DNA of 64,000 bases from Heptranchias perlo (taxonomy: Eukaryota): assembly GCF_035084215.1 (NCBI RefSeq), contig NC_090352.1:23126001-23190000 (forward strand), read 5' to 3'. Made by a program: the position numbers and the translations under genes. Each line of letters starts with the position of its first letter. Position 1 is the first letter of the stretch. Under the pieces are notes generated by a model that made no database searches, had not been told where the DNA came from, and saw only the letters and a list, made by a program, of their open reading frames with translations. Below, in pieces: positions 48,555 to 62,660 of the stretch.

Positions 48555-49900
48555 CAATGGATAGGAAAGGACCAGTCAGTCCATTGAGCCTGTCCTATAC
48601 TGTAATGGCTTAACATCGCACACCATCACCCCCACACCGAGCCATGCAATCTCCTGGGAGAGCCAAAATAAAATGAGAAAAAATCTCAGAGCAATTTAGG
48701 AAAAAAACTCTAGGAAATTCCTCTACAACCCCAAAGAAAAAGACAATCAAACAAGTTCCAGGAGACCACAGTGACTGGGAGATACATCATCCTGTACCTA
48801 TCTACCTTCTAGACTTGTTATGTTGGGCAGACCTAGAAACGCATCCAGGTCCATTTTGAATGCTTGCAGTGAATCTGCACTCGCTACACATGCTTGTTCC
48901 AGGAGTTGATGAATCATAGAATCATAGAATCATAGAAGTTACAACATGGAAACAGGCCCTTCGGCCCAACATGTCCATGTCGCCCAGTTTATACCACTAA
49001 GCTAGTCCCAATTGCCTGCACTTGGCCCATATCCCTCGATACCCATCTTCCCCATGTAACTGTCCAAATGCTTTTTAAAAGACAAAATTGTACCCGCCTC
49101 TACTACTGCCTCTGGCAGCTCGTTCCAGACACTCACCACCCTTTGAGTGAAAAAATTGCCCCTCTGGATCCTTTTGTATCTCTCCCCTCTCACCTTAAAT
49201 CTGTGCCCCCTCGTTATAGACTCCCCTACCTTTGGGAAAAGATTTTGACTATCGACCTTATCTATGCCCCTCATTATTTTATAGACTTCTATAAGATCAC
49301 CCCTTAACCTCCTACTCTCCAGGGAATAAAGTCCCAGTCTGTCTAACCTCTCCCTGTAAGTCAAACCATCAAGTCCCGGTAGCATCCTAGTAAATCTTTT
49401 CTGCACTCTTTCTAGTTTAATAATATCCTTTCTATAATAGGGTGACCAGAACTGTACACAGTACTCCAAGTGTGGCCTCACCAATGCCCTGTACAACTTC
49501 AACAAGACATCCCAACTCCTGCATTCAATGTTCTGACCAATGAAACCAAGCATGCTGAATGCCTTCTTCTCTGTGAAAAGAAATACCTCCTGGTATCTAA
49601 CCTATACTTAACTTGTACTCGTGCCTCTGGTCCCCCCTAAGCTACGTAATTCAAAATAACTTATCCACATGGACCAAATCTAATCATTTTATTATTTTAA
49701 AGCCCTTGGTCAAATCTCAGTGAATTCTATGCTTTTCTATAGAAAGCCCCAGCTTTCTAAGCCCATCGTGGTGACTGAAAGCTCTTAAACAAAGCAACAA
49801 TCCAGTGGTTCCCCCTATGAACTCTTCCAGGGCCTCTACATCATCCACCATGTTGAGGGGACCAAAACTGGACACAGCATTCTAGATGAGGCCGAATCAA
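48555..49900 (-). mobile_element. Old CR1 3' region, host of a nested CR1
   Basis: Minus strand RPHLECCVQFWSP (~49855-49895); terminus matches 290-500. Confidence 0.7.
48912..49569 (-). mobile_element. Young 5'-truncated CR1 with intact RT C-terminal ORF and (TATGATTC)n tail
   Basis: ORF 49002-49553 open (LYRALVRPHLEYCVQFWSP...WNELP); aatcatag repeats at 48912-48937. Confidence 0.92.
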
Positions 49901-50639
49901 GACAGAGACCGTATAGTATTCCTTGTTTAGTGCTTAACTGTCCTGGCAACCTAAACCCAGCATCCAATCTATCGCTTGTGATGTTTTGCATCAGTCATCG
50001 GTGGCACTGCTCCTACCCAATAGGAGCCTGCTTCTTACAAACTCGATTTCAAGTTTTTAAATGCTACTTTCTGAGCAGTGTGAAACACATCGAAGCTTTA
50101 AAAGTGCTCTCTTCTGCCATTTCTCTTCGCTTGATGCTCACAATGTGACAAGCCAGCAACTAACGGAGGAGGTATAACATAAACAGGAATAGAAAATATC
50201 ATTAAAATCCCTTCTATTACAATCAGTCCTTAAATGAATATTGATTGAAGTTTGTTTTTTGATAGTTTTGTAAGATTTCACAAGGCTCCAAAATAACAAA
50301 TAATTCTTGAAATACATTTCTGGTATTAGGAATAGAATGGATGAATTCAGATGCATTAATGGGTATCTACATTTACGTGGCTAATAGTACTAAGTACTTA
50401 CCAGAATGAGTTTCTATTTCCCATACTGTGTATATGGCCAATCTGAATGCGAACAACAGATTAACGTCAACTGAGATAAATTATAGGACAGAGCCATTTT
50501 AATTAGAACCGTGACAACAGAAATAAATGACATTCTGACCAGGAGAACTGAAATTCAGAAAAGCTTTCCCTGCACTTAACATGCTTATAGATTTGTTGCA
50601 TGGATCATACCAACCGTTTATGTGATCAGTGGGAGGGAT

Positions 50640-51800
50640 GATTATTCAAGTAGATTTAAAATTTGAATGATCTGAATCACATCTGAAATTTGATTCAGGA
50701 AGCTAGTGCAGCAGTCGGATGATAGACATCATAAGCTATCTGAGACACTTGAGCTCCACTCCAGGAGGACCTCCTGCGATCCTACTTAAGAGTTTCAGCT
50801 CGACCAGGTATTGATAAAAAAGAGCGCTCAATTCTCTGAAGTGTCGCAAACAGCACAAACTTTGAACAATCAGGTAAAATAACAACAATGAAACCTCAAT
50901 TCTCTGAGTGTACTCCCTGGGGTTGTAGAATTACCCCTATTGAATCCAACTGAGACAAGAGTGAGGCAAGGTTGTCCACCTTATTCAGTATCATCAAGGA
51001 TATATTGAATGGTATCACAAGGGATTTGTCCGAGTGTCTGTCCAAGGCATTTCTGAAAAATATTTCATTGCTCCTTTTTCCAGATGATATTTGGTTGTTG
51101 TCAGATTCTCCCGAGGACCTAGTGATCTCTTCTCGCTATCTTGAACAACTTGCTAACCAATGGGATATGGTGGGTGCCCCCAAGTGAAATATTGTGGCTT
51201 TGCTTGCTCAAGTGATGATTTCAAAGATATTGATCGGAAGATTCAAAGGGTGCCTATTACAATTTGTGAATCATATCAGTACCTCGAATGGTCATGAAAG
51301 CCAATTTTAGTTTGAGCACAGTTCTTTGGGTCTGCAAGGAGAAGGAATGAAGAATGCTTTGATCATTTTTGTCTTTCTTCAATGAAGCAAAATCTTAATG
51401 GAAGTTAAGCCTGTGGCTTCTTAAGACATGTTTCCAAACAATTGTCTATCACAGTTCGGAACTTCTGGGAATAGAATGGAACGGTTTCCTCCAGCCTATG
51501 GCCAAGTTGAGAGGGGGGTTTGTGGTAAAAAAGAGAAAAGATTGCAAGGAGTGAGAGTCCCAGCCTATACTGATAGTATGTCTATTTGCCTGAATTAAGC
51601 AGTTGCTTATGAGCTGGCACTCAGGTGGCTGACACGTCACAAGCTGTCCTGTGCAAGCTCTTCCACTTTGCTGGAGGCAGATATTCATCATACAGCGGAT
51701 GAAGATAGCTTTGAAGCTTGACAGGACAGCTACTAGAAGACATTACCCAGGGCTTGGTACGAGAACACATGTTCATATATCCAGGGTTCCGTGTCTTCCA
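50640..51800 (+). mobile_element. Highly decayed RTE/RTEX-like LINE
   Basis: RVRQGCP (~50960) and ISLLLFPDDIWLLSDSPEDL (~51062-51121) resemble RT motifs 4 and 5; boundaries uncertain. Confidence 0.55.
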
Positions 51801-54129
51801 TAATTAGGTTACAAAGAGAAAAACAGTTGCTGCTGAAGTTCCTTTAACTGGTCTAATCAATGCAGTGTGGTGTGTGCCCATGCTGTGGTCAGAAGGACAA
51901 TGACAATGCACTCTCACGTGTTAAAATGCGTTGTGCTGCTCACTATGATAGTTTTGGAGTTCCTGCTTTGTGATGTCCACTTCATGAAGGTTTAAACTGA
52001 CACTCGTCAGTTATCTAATCACCAATTAGTGACTATTTGCTTGAGTGGGGGATGGGGGGACTAAGCAAGGTCTCTCAGAAGCTGAATTAGCTCTAGGGTG
52101 CCAGTGGCACTGAATCAACCCTTCATGACAGACTCAATAATCTGCCCACAGTACTCCAGGGCACACTTTTTGATAGTCAGCTTGTCTTATGTGACTTAGA
52201 GGGGTAGAGCTGTCACTGGAGGCTGAGATTTTTCATATTGAGCTCCGGATTACCTTGTAAGCCAATGCTCTAATAGTTAGGGTAGTCCTTGCTGGACGAT
52301 CAGTGGGGAGCTTACCAGCACTTTGTGCTGGTAACTAGTACAGTTTTAACTTGTTCGACTCCAGCCTTACCCTGGTGAACACATTTGGGCCCCCAAGCCA
52401 ATCTGTTTTTAGCCTCTTCTGAGTTTAGGTAAGTGGGTTGCATCCTAACAGGGAGTGTACGTGCACTCCATATCAGGCAAAAAGAACCTCTACCTGCATT
52501 CTCAGTTGCTCGCACTGGGGACACTTAAGCACATCCTTTGCATGTCGTATAGTCAGGTGACCAAAAAAAACCTATCAAATGTCCTTGCATTCTTGTGTCT
52601 TCTGTCCTGAAGAGACATCAAAGTTTGTCAACACTGCTGACAAGAATCAAGATAATTTTTCTCTCAGGGAGATTGTCAAAGTTTGGACCTTTAATAAAAG
52701 GCACGTGGGTGAGTGTTGCCATGTACTGAGATACTCTCTATAAAAATAAATCACTCCAAAAGCTTCAATTTGTGTGCGAGTTCACTGAAATTATATGCTG
52801 TGGATTCTAGCTGATTCAATACGCACAAGAGGGTCAGAGAATGGTGTAAATTAGTTATCCAATTAAACAGCGCTAGCTGCAGTTACGGGAGGAAAACAGT
52901 TTGTATTGATGCTCTTAGTGTGTTCTAAAGTGAAAAGTAGACGAGAGTAAGATACACGTAACTGAAGTCTTAAAGGAAAGGTCATTTTGTGGAAAAATCT
53001 TAATCACCAATTCGAGGAGAATAGAATCTTGTGAACTTCTTCAAATAATTGTAGAAAGGCCCAGGTAACACAATTTTCGACTACTAGATGCAGTCAATAT
53101 CCCAGTTACGATACATTGTATTGAAAAGTCTGAATAGATAGCATAAAATATGGATAATTTAAATATTTCTATGCAGCAAAGAAAAAAAACCTTTTCTCAC
53201 TTACACATTGCAGTATACTAATATAGATCATAATGTACAGCCAACAGCGCCTGAGATACCTATTCATACATTCCACGTTGGCAAGTACAAAAATTGTGAG
53301 CCATAATCCTTAGGAGTATGAAAATGTAATGACAAACCGCAATTCTTTCTTTTTAAATAGTCATTCATGTGTTTTGCCAGTTTGTGTCGTAATAAAATGC
53401 AGAATAATATTTTGCCTGCAAAGATAATCATGAAAACTTTACCGATTTCCACTGATCTCAACTGATTAACATGGCAGTGTCATTAGAAATAATCACTGTG
53501 TTGGCTTTATACAGTGACATATTTACACTACGCTGCCTTTTTTAGAGTGATTGTCTTGCCAATGTCGTGAATCCAAATACAAGCACAAAATTACGCCACA
53601 TTTAACCTGATGTAAGTGAGTTGTAAGTGACTCTGCTAGAAAATAACTGGTAATGACCTATACCCGCTCTCTGCACGTTCTCATATACATTAAGCACTTG
53701 AACACAAGTCGTCCTTTCCTATAACTGACGTAGTTTCACAATCAGTTATCATTTTCAGTGTCAGCACACTTGAACCAATATCAGAAGACAACGATTCCTG
53801 GCCCATCTCAAGAAATGACTTCTAATGTCCTCTAATGCACGTTTACTTCGTTATAATTCAGAACACGTTTGTCTTGGATATCACCTTGTCAGTCAGGAAA
53901 TACTGCTCGATGACTAAAATGTAACTGTTCCTGTGCTATCATCAGCAATCTATGCTGTTAGCAAGGCTGACATAATCCCTTGTATCAGCAAAGATTGTGA
54001 CATGAGTTCATGGCAAAGAAGCCAATATGATGTCCAATCAACATTACATAAAATACATTTATGAGCTCATTCAATGGCTCAGTGTAGGAGTGGCCAAGCT
54101 TTCTGACTTTGTGGGCCACTTAGGTGCAT

Positions 54130-54401
54130 ACTAATTCTGGCCTCTTGCACATCCCCGATTTTCATCGCTCCACCATTGGTGGCTGTGCCTCCAGCTACCT
54201 AGGCCCTAAGCTCTGGAATTCCCTCCCTAAACCTCTCCACCTCTCTACCTCTCTCTCCTCCTTTAAGACGCTCCTTAAAATCTACCTCTTTGACCAAGCT
54301 TTTGGTCACCTGTCCTAATATCTCCTTATGTGGCTCGGTGTCAAATTTTGTTTGATAACGCTCCTGTGAAGTGCCTTGGGACTTTTTACAAGTTGTTGTT
54401 G
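54130..54401 (+). mobile_element. L2 LINE 3' end
   Basis: Near-identical to 28165-28400. Confidence 0.85.
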
Positions 54402-56149
54402 TAAGCCACAAATAAGGGTGAATCCATGCTCAAGCTGCAATATTGGGCTTTAAACCTAATACACATGAAATTTGTCACTTTACTGAACTCACATTATCAA
54501 GCCGTGTCAGCTTTTCGAGACGCTAGTGTTGCCAGAGCCCAACGCATTGCTGTCTTGGGTCCACTGCATTATCTGCCCCTAAATTCACAATGAAGGCTGT
54601 ATTTCCATTTAGCCTGGCCTCTCTCTGCTGGCTGGAAGGTTTTTAATGAAAAAATGAGTTTGAACAGTCAGAGTCCAGTTCCTGCTGCACCTTGTCCAAA
54701 TTAATCACAAATTAACATTAATGGGAGATCTCACTCTCCGAGGCCATATGGAAAATAGAAAATCCATATTGGTGAAGGGAGATATATTGTACGAAAGTTG
54801 GGATTAAGGTGCATTGTTGAGCAAAACCTCACTCTGTATCTGCTTTGCTATACCAGCCTTTTGAGTGCTCGATGCTGACATTGGGTGCCAAAAGTAGAAA
54901 ACGTTCCATTTTCCAGTACTGACGTCTTTCACTTTGCTAAACAAAAACAATGTAGATCAGACAAACATTGTCCATGTGACAAGTAAGACTGCCATTCTTC
55001 TGGGCTTTATATTCATCAAGACAGCCATGACCCCTCGCTTATGATTTGACATGGAAGCAGAAAAAACCCTGAAAATGAGCATTCATATTATGTATTTGAG
55101 ACAGTGTTCAATAATAAACTATACTTTGGAAGGTTATGGGTGATGTCTGATAAATGTTAGTGTTGAACTATTTTCTGCTTCACAAAGTAGTCCTTGCCTT
55201 TCACAACACTTCATATGAATTGCATTCTCTTAGGGAATATCATAAAGGGCTACTGTCACTTCTTGGCATCCACTCGTACAATAGCACAGAGTCACACTTG
55301 GTATGATAGAAACCTTGGGCAATGTGGATTTTTAAACATATCCAACTGTAATGGTGCCAAGGAGCTTCCTGAAGAAAACAAACATGAATCTGGCAAAAGT
55401 TTGTTTTTAAAATAATACAATAATTCCAACATCTACGTATGTAACAGTTTAAAATGACAGCTTGATAGACATCGTAGGGTTTCGTATTTGACAAATAAGC
55501 CTAAAAATGACCATGACTGCTAGCCCTAACATTGCACGATTTGAGAGCTACACAGCAGTAATTTCAAGATGCTATATAGCACAGACTTAACAACCCATTT
55601 CTCACATGTTTCCAAATTAGACAAGCACCTTCTATTCGATACAATGGTGAAGCTGTGTGCCACGGTCATTAATCTTGTTGTACAACAGATCAGTAGAAAT
55701 GACACCCTAATCCAATGCTAACACATCACATGTGCAGCCTCTTCACATAACCATTTACCGATAGATGATCTGCTGCATATTTCAGCTGAAACTTACACTT
55801 TTGTGGATACTAACATATCTCCAATGGTGCCATCGGTGGTCAGTCAGAGGTCATGCTGTTGGTGCGTGGAAGTGGGTGAGGGGAGCACATCACCTGTGAA
55901 AGAACATGGAATTAAGTTTGTAAGAGATCTCCCCAGAGACAGTAATACTAAGTTAATACTTGTTAATCAATCCAGCTTGTCAATGGCAGACAATGCCCTT
56001 TATAGTGTCATTAACACATTAGTCAAGGTGCATATTTCCCTCTGTGTACAGGAACTGATAGACTTCAGAATTTATGGGAGATATTTTTAACTTGTCACAT
56101 ACTACCTAAAAGTACAATCAAAGTATTCTCATAACACTACATTGAAAAA

Positions 56150-57950
56150 AATGTGACCCCGATGTGGTGCGCAGGACGGCAACAAGCTGACCTCACACAT
56201 AGTTTGATAGCACCCTAGTGCTTAGCACATGACATCCTGGGAGTGCGCCAAGGGTGCTAGGTGGGTCATCCAGTGCCAGCAGCTCTTAAAAGGTGCCCGA
56301 GTTTTAGTAGGAACAAGAATGGCTTGAAGTAGAATGGTTCCATTCATAGATCAGGCATTTGGAGGCACTGTGCAGGAGGCCCTACAGTGAAGGTTGGCCC
56401 TATTTGAAGAGGGCCATCCAGCAATAAAGAGTGTCATTTTTCAGTCGGCCTCTCTTGAAGCTTCTATTTCAAATGCTGACAGAGATAAGTTTCTTACACG
56501 TTCACTCATGGCAAGTGCTGGTCGTACATAACAGTATTGTTGGCTTACCTTAGCACATTGCTTGGAATATGACATTTTTTCCTTATATCCTTTCATGTCC
56601 TGGATATTCAGGGTATAGCACTGATCCCTTCAGTGATTTTCTACCATATCTGGTGCTCCAGGTGATGCCCATCTGTCACATAGCAGGCAAGTTTAACCTG
56701 CCTGATGGGAAACTGAGAGGATCGAGTTGGCCGCCTGTTTTATGCCCCACCCGATTTTACTCTCCAATGTCTTCAATGGAGAATAAAATTGGGCAGCCGA
56801 CCCGATCTGGTCAATTTTCTGCCAGGTGGGTTAAATTAAAATATCCTTCCTCCATCTCCTTCCTTCAAGCAGGGCTTCTGTTGCCTCATCTGTAAACCTG
56901 CCTTTCCTCTGCCCTGATTGGCTGCATTCTTCAGCAAAATGCTGCGGTAAAAGCTGCCTTAGGCTCCCATGCCTCATCATTATACTTAACAAGTTCTATT
57001 CCGCATTCGTTATTGTGTCTCCTCACAGCAGACACCTACGCTACAGGAAATAAAGAAGCATCTATGAGGGAAAATTTACTATCTTCTCTATTTGTTGAAA
57101 AATTGTAACCACAAGTATAAAGAACACACTTAAAATCTCCCCACTATCATCTGTATAGATACACTAGCCTAGATGCTCTGCTTTTGGCATGGTTTAGGCT
57201 GGAATGACTATTGATGAGCCTGATACACTAGAGGAACAGGAAATAACCCATTCCGCCTGCTACCATACCTTCAGCACAAACCCAGAGATAAGCACCCAGG
57301 AGCATTAGGATAGTGATCAGGAAGGGAGAGCACTGGGCGATATAAAGTGCATGAGTGGACGGGAAGAAGGGGCATGGATGAAGAAGATGATGTTGTCTTG
57401 GATCCAAGGGTCCAGAGACATCAGGCTTTGGCTGAGGAGCTTCAGGACACAGATCACGTGGCTCCTGCTTTCAAACAAAGACATGCTAATGGATCACCCC
57501 AACCCATGTACCAGTACTGTGGGCTGTCTCCCAAAATGTGCTGCACCCATCTGGTCAGCTGGAGAGGTCCACTGCCAGCACATGTAGCATCAATGGGCAG
57601 GGTTTTTCTTCACTGCAGCATTTATTGGAGAAGGTTGGAGCTCCAGGAAGGCTTGCCAAAAGCCATCCCTATGAATGAGGCCTCTGGAACAATTCAGCTT
57701 CCCTAGAGGCAGCTCATACTGCTGACATGGAGGCCTTGGGGGTCTCCCTGGAGAGAAGCATTGATGAAGGATTCATAAAGACCATTCAGTCTGCCTATTC
57801 ACCAAGCATCAGCCCTCTCGGAGAATGGGCCCGACACCAGTGGACTGGCAGGCAGATCTTCTCAGGATCTCGCATTCACTGAAAAAGAACACTATCCCGA
57901 TTTGTGTTCTGAATGGCCTAATGACTCAATCCGCCAGTTGCCCTGACAGT
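56150..57950 (+). mobile_element. Possible decayed Harbinger Myb/SANT-type element relic
   Basis: gcagctcttaaaagg like 6498-6518; weak PF.D..EA..QE pattern at ~56335-56405; acidic low-complexity downstream. Confidence 0.35.
56686..56845. mobile_element. Palindromic MITE related to 45282-45456
   Basis: gggaaactga...cccgattttactctcca / tggagaataaaattggg inverted centre. Confidence 0.6.
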
Positions 57951-59852
57951 CATTGAGCAATGCACATTCTTTGCCAGGCTGAGTGACACAGCTGCTTATG
58001 CCTCATATTTCTGCTCCATTACCCGTCCCTGCCTTTAAAGAGCAGAGCGAGTTTGTTGCCCTTTTCCTCTGTGCAGCTGTAATTCTTCCGATTAATAGCT
58101 CAGATATGTGGCCAGGTTGAACATCATCTGTCCCATCAAATATGATTATCGGCACAGAGCTGAAGAACACAACCCCTTGCGGAATAAAATGAGTAGGTGG
58201 CATTTTGCCACACGGAGCCATGTCTGCTCAAAGCCTCTAATCTGCTTTACAGACTGCACAAGGAAAAATAGCCTGCAACTCAATCCTCACTGATCCGTGA
58301 ATTTACAGGCTCTGCTATCCTCAGGAATAATCTAGTTCAGTTTTGTTGTCTATAGACTAATGACAGTGATAAGAGAAAGGCCAAAGCAGCAAACCTGTAG
58401 TGCTCTGGAAAATAATATATTAACCAATACAGTTATATTTAAGCTGAAATGTGTAAAGAGAGAGAAAAAAATAACAAATGTGATTAAATTTAAAATTGAT
58501 AAAACTACTCAAATGTTTCAGCTACAGTATAATAATAAGTACATTAAATGGTAGTCAACGTAGCTAAATCCTGATAAGCACCTTGCCAGTACATTAAATA
58601 TTAATGCTATGATAAAAATTCATCAGGGATTCTACAGATTTTATCTGTACATTATTAAAACACTTCTGTACATCATATATTTCATGTCCACTAACCTTAT
58701 TTACTGTTCTCACAGATTTTGGTCACATTTTTCTGACAATATTTATCTTTGTAAATTGTCAAAGTTTCACGTTCAATTTTGTTATGTCAACTGTCACAAT
58801 TTAGCTGAATGTTCTGGCCGTTAGGTGGCTCTATGGGGTGATTTTCTGAAATCTCTCTTCCGACTTAGTCACCGTTTTGTATATAAAGAAACATATATTC
58901 ATCAACTGACTGTGGTTAACTTACTAATAACACATTAACAATCTTGCATATGGGAAGTACTTCCTGCCCATATAACCTTACTTCCTGTGTCAGGATTTTT
59001 AAGTCATGTTTTTTATGACAACATTTATAATGGAAAAACTTTACATCAAGATTCGACTGTCATACTTTAAAGCTGTCTTTGCAGGTCTCTGGACAGTAGT
59101 GTGCCCCCTTTCCTATGTTCTCTCTCTCCCATAGCACTCACTGTCACAAATCCATCGTGTACACCACTGGGTTACTTTACCATTTTTAAACACAATCTCT
59201 TTCCCACTCCTTTCTGACCCTCCTTTTCTGGAGAGCAGTTTCAGCCCTGCTCCACTCCCCTCATCACCTCTTCCTCTGAAAAGCACAGCCATAAAATGTT
59301 TGCCACCCTCTCTCCGTCCCCCTCCCCCAATCTTGTCTTCCATCTCAGCTTCTCTGAGTGTATCACCCACACAGCTCTGCCTTCAGCTATCCAGTTGTCT
59401 TGCCCCACTGTTCTCCAGGCTCTGTCTTAGGCTGTCCAGCTCAGCCACCAACCCCATTCTCACGTGGAGAGCTTTTAGCCTGTAAGTCACTTCAGCCCGT
59501 GTCTGCTCCACTCTTCTCTTGCCTCTGCTGCTCTGAGTTGATGTTCAGATTTCTATTTTGCTCCCCAGTTGTCCAATGAGCTTCATTAAAATTTGAATGC
59601 AATGTGCATTGTGTTTTAAATAGCCAGACAGTAACATGGAGTTTGCTTATGTAACATCCTGGCACCTGAACAGTTAACCCACTCAATTGACAAGGACTGA
59701 TCCAATACTGGAAGAAACTTCACTGTGTTAAGGTATTGCAGCTAATCAGTTGCTATGTTACGTTCCAACCAATCACAAGTTACAGTAATAGGCCTTCTAC
59801 AAAGCCAATTTTGGGTAGTTCAAAAATAGCGAAATAGTAATTACTAAATATA

Positions 59853-61835
59853 GGGGTCTAAATTGGGTCACGTAGCGACCATTGTGTAGGCTCCACGCGG
59901 ACTTCTAAGGACCCAAAATGGCATCTGGAATGCGGGTGCACACTTCCAGGGTGACGTGCGCCGGACACCATATTGGTAAAGATATTTGCACACGCACAGA
60001 TAACGAACATCGGCACCATGTAAAGTAGGGAGAATATGTGGTAGATCAGAGTGTAACACTGATTTAAAGGGACAGATACGATTTTGGAACTCAGTGCTCC
60101 ATCCAACACACTGTCTTAACCTCGCACAGCTGAAGAGGTCTTAAACAGCATGGAGGACCGCCCACCCCCACCCCACCAAAGAGATACTTAAAGGGATCAT
60201 GCAGGAGGTACAGGTTAGTTGCTGGATTATTGCTTCTGGCTGCTGATGCATTTGTACCTGTTTTTGGAGGTCTCCTAAATTGAATACTGGGACTAGGGGA
60301 CATGGCCTAAAAATTAGAGCCAGGACTTGCAGGAGTGAAATTAGGAAACCTTGATGCAAAGGGTGGTAGAAGTTTGGAATTCTCTTCCGCAAACGGTAGT
60401 TGATGCTAGCTCAATTGTTAATTTTAAATCTGAGATTGATAGATTTTTATTAACCAAAGGTATTAAGGGATATGGGGCTAAGGTGATGGAGTTAGGTCAC
60501 AGATCAAGCATGATCTCATTGAATGGCAGAACAGGCTCGAGGAGCTAAATGGCCTACTCCTGTTCCTATCTTCCTATAATAAAGTTTCAATACTCTACAG
60601 GGAGCAGGCTGAATAGCTGACAGGCATCAGCAAGGGCATTGGAGGAGTGGCAGGGGTGGGCCAGGAATGCTGCCATCTTGGGAGAGGACAGCAGGTTCAT
60701 GTTCCATGGAGCCACTGCCACTTGCTGCCTCCTGTTATGTGTCACCTTCTCCTACAAGAAAGCGGGACGTGTGTCGGTGAGTGTCCTGCAAGATGCTTGC
60801 GTGATGTGGCTGTCATGGTTGTGTGTGTGACCTGTGAGTTGTGGGTGTGCGGCTTGCAACAGTGGTAATGAGTGAGGGTGAGAGGAAGCATCTGATTGGA
60901 AGAGTTGATTATTGATTGAAAGAGTTTTCTGGTATGTGGGTGATGGGGGTGTAGTGCATGGAGCAGTGGATGCGGCTAGTGGTGCAGTTGGTAGGAGATG
61001 CCACTTGGCAGTTGACCTCACTCACCTTGACCACTCATCTCAAAGCATTGAACTTTTCCCTGCACTGCATCCATGTTCGTGGTGCCATGTGCCTGACATT
61101 GACTTCATCCCCTACTGCCTCCCACTGCCTCAGGAGCATATGTCTGGAGGGCCTCTTGCCCCTGCCCCCTGCAGATATAGGATGCCCCACCTCTTGCACC
61201 AAGGCCTCTAATGCATCATCAGAGAACCTTGGTGCATGCTCTCTAGCAGGCCTGGTACAAACTCAGATCGGCAGATTGGTGAGGTCTGGCATGCAGATTA
61301 GAGGATGTGGGATTTAGTAGTGCGCAACCTTTATTCAATGTTTTAAAATAACTCAACAGTTTGTAAACATCGGGACGGGACCTGCATCTGTGTCTTATGT
61401 GTGCGATGTCTGGTCTCCGTTCAGACTCCTGCGAACCCGTATCTTATATTTTACAAATATCAGAGACCCGCAAACGTTGAGCAGTCCAGTTCTTGCTCAT
61501 TAAAAATTCCAGACATCCCATCGTCACCTTGCTGCACTAATATTGCAGCACAGAGTCACTTCCCAATTGACTTCCACCACTTCCTGCAGCAACAATGCAC
61601 CTTCCCTTTAAGAGGTGCAGGCTGCCTTTAAGTGGTGCTCGTCACTTGCGATATCTGGGCCCCCTGCTGGTGAGCAGCCACTGAACAGCGCAGGCAGGGC
61701 TGGCTGCACGCAGCAATCATAAAAATCACCAGGCAGCATGACTGTTACGTGCTGCCGCATCTCAACGACCGGGTGGGGGTTAATCGGCACTGCAATCCCT
61801 GCGCCCTGTTTCAGGGGTTAGCCAATATAACCCCC
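59853..61835 (-). mobile_element. Non-autonomous PIF/Harbinger element carrying only a Myb/SANT-like gene relic
   Basis: Imperfect 14-bp TIR (11/14) GGGGTCTAAATTGG / CCAATATAACCCCC; ATA on both flanks; APRFSDDALEALVQEV...WEAVGDEVN...PRTWMQCREKFNAL, intron 61025-60752, EKVTHNRRQ. Confidence 0.75.
60280..60575 (+). mobile_element. CR1 3' end nested in the Harbinger element
   Basis: QRVVEVWNSLPQ; tail ggcctactcctgttccta. Confidence 0.85.
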
Positions 61836-62660
61836 ATAATCTCCTGCTGGAGGAATGTCCAACCTTTTATAACTGGGAGCTGCATACTTGTGGCCGATCT
61901 TAACTGGAGTTAGGATCGGTGTGTGGGAGGGACAGTGACGAGTGGCAAGTACGCATGCGAATGCCTCACGAGATGTGGAGAGATTTTAGCTCCGGGGATT
62001 TATTTTAATATGGAAGGTCAGACCGCCACCTAAACCCGTCAGGAATCAGAACCTAGCCAGCGGGTGGGAGCAGGATTTTGGGCAGCAGGTAACCATCACC
62101 AGGGATCTCACGAAATGGTCCCCAGCGCCATGGTAGGACATAAGAGGTGGGGTCTGGAGGCAGTCTCAAATTTTGCTTGGAGGGCCCACAGGAGTAATCC
62201 TACTCCTCCTGGCCCACAAGGAAACTTAAAAAATTAAACTTATCTGGACCTCTTTTGGCCCTCGATCCAGCTCCGACAGGTTTGGCCTGGCAGGGAAGCC
62301 AGAACTGCTCCACCACTCTAGCCCCGGGTTAATATTGTAATCAAATCCCAATGATGGCATTGGAGTCCAATTTGCATATTTAAAAGGACCCCGCCTGCAG
62401 TTTAAAATTGTAGTCGGCCAGATTGGCGCAAGAAGGCAATGGATAAGTTCCTGCTCCCTATTAACTGATCACCGCCCAGTTTCCGCTGGGCGGGGATAAT
62501 TAAAAGTTCCCCTCCACATGTCAAAACCAGTGAGTAGGCTGTATAGTTTCACGGAAAACTCAAAACATCCCCAAACACAAAAATGAAAAGACCCCATAGG
62601 CATAAAAATTAGATTACCTATATACTAAAAAACACTACCACACACACATAAAACTCAAGG

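Noticed and set aside
48912-49569. Displaced 3' end of the CR1 at 35343-39070 (inversion)
   Set aside because: The two overlap in the LY..LVRP.LEYC region and differ at many residues, so they are different subfamilies.
57347-57706. 119-aa ORF as a host gene exon
   Set aside because: No recognisable domain or splice context; lies in probable decayed transposon sequence.
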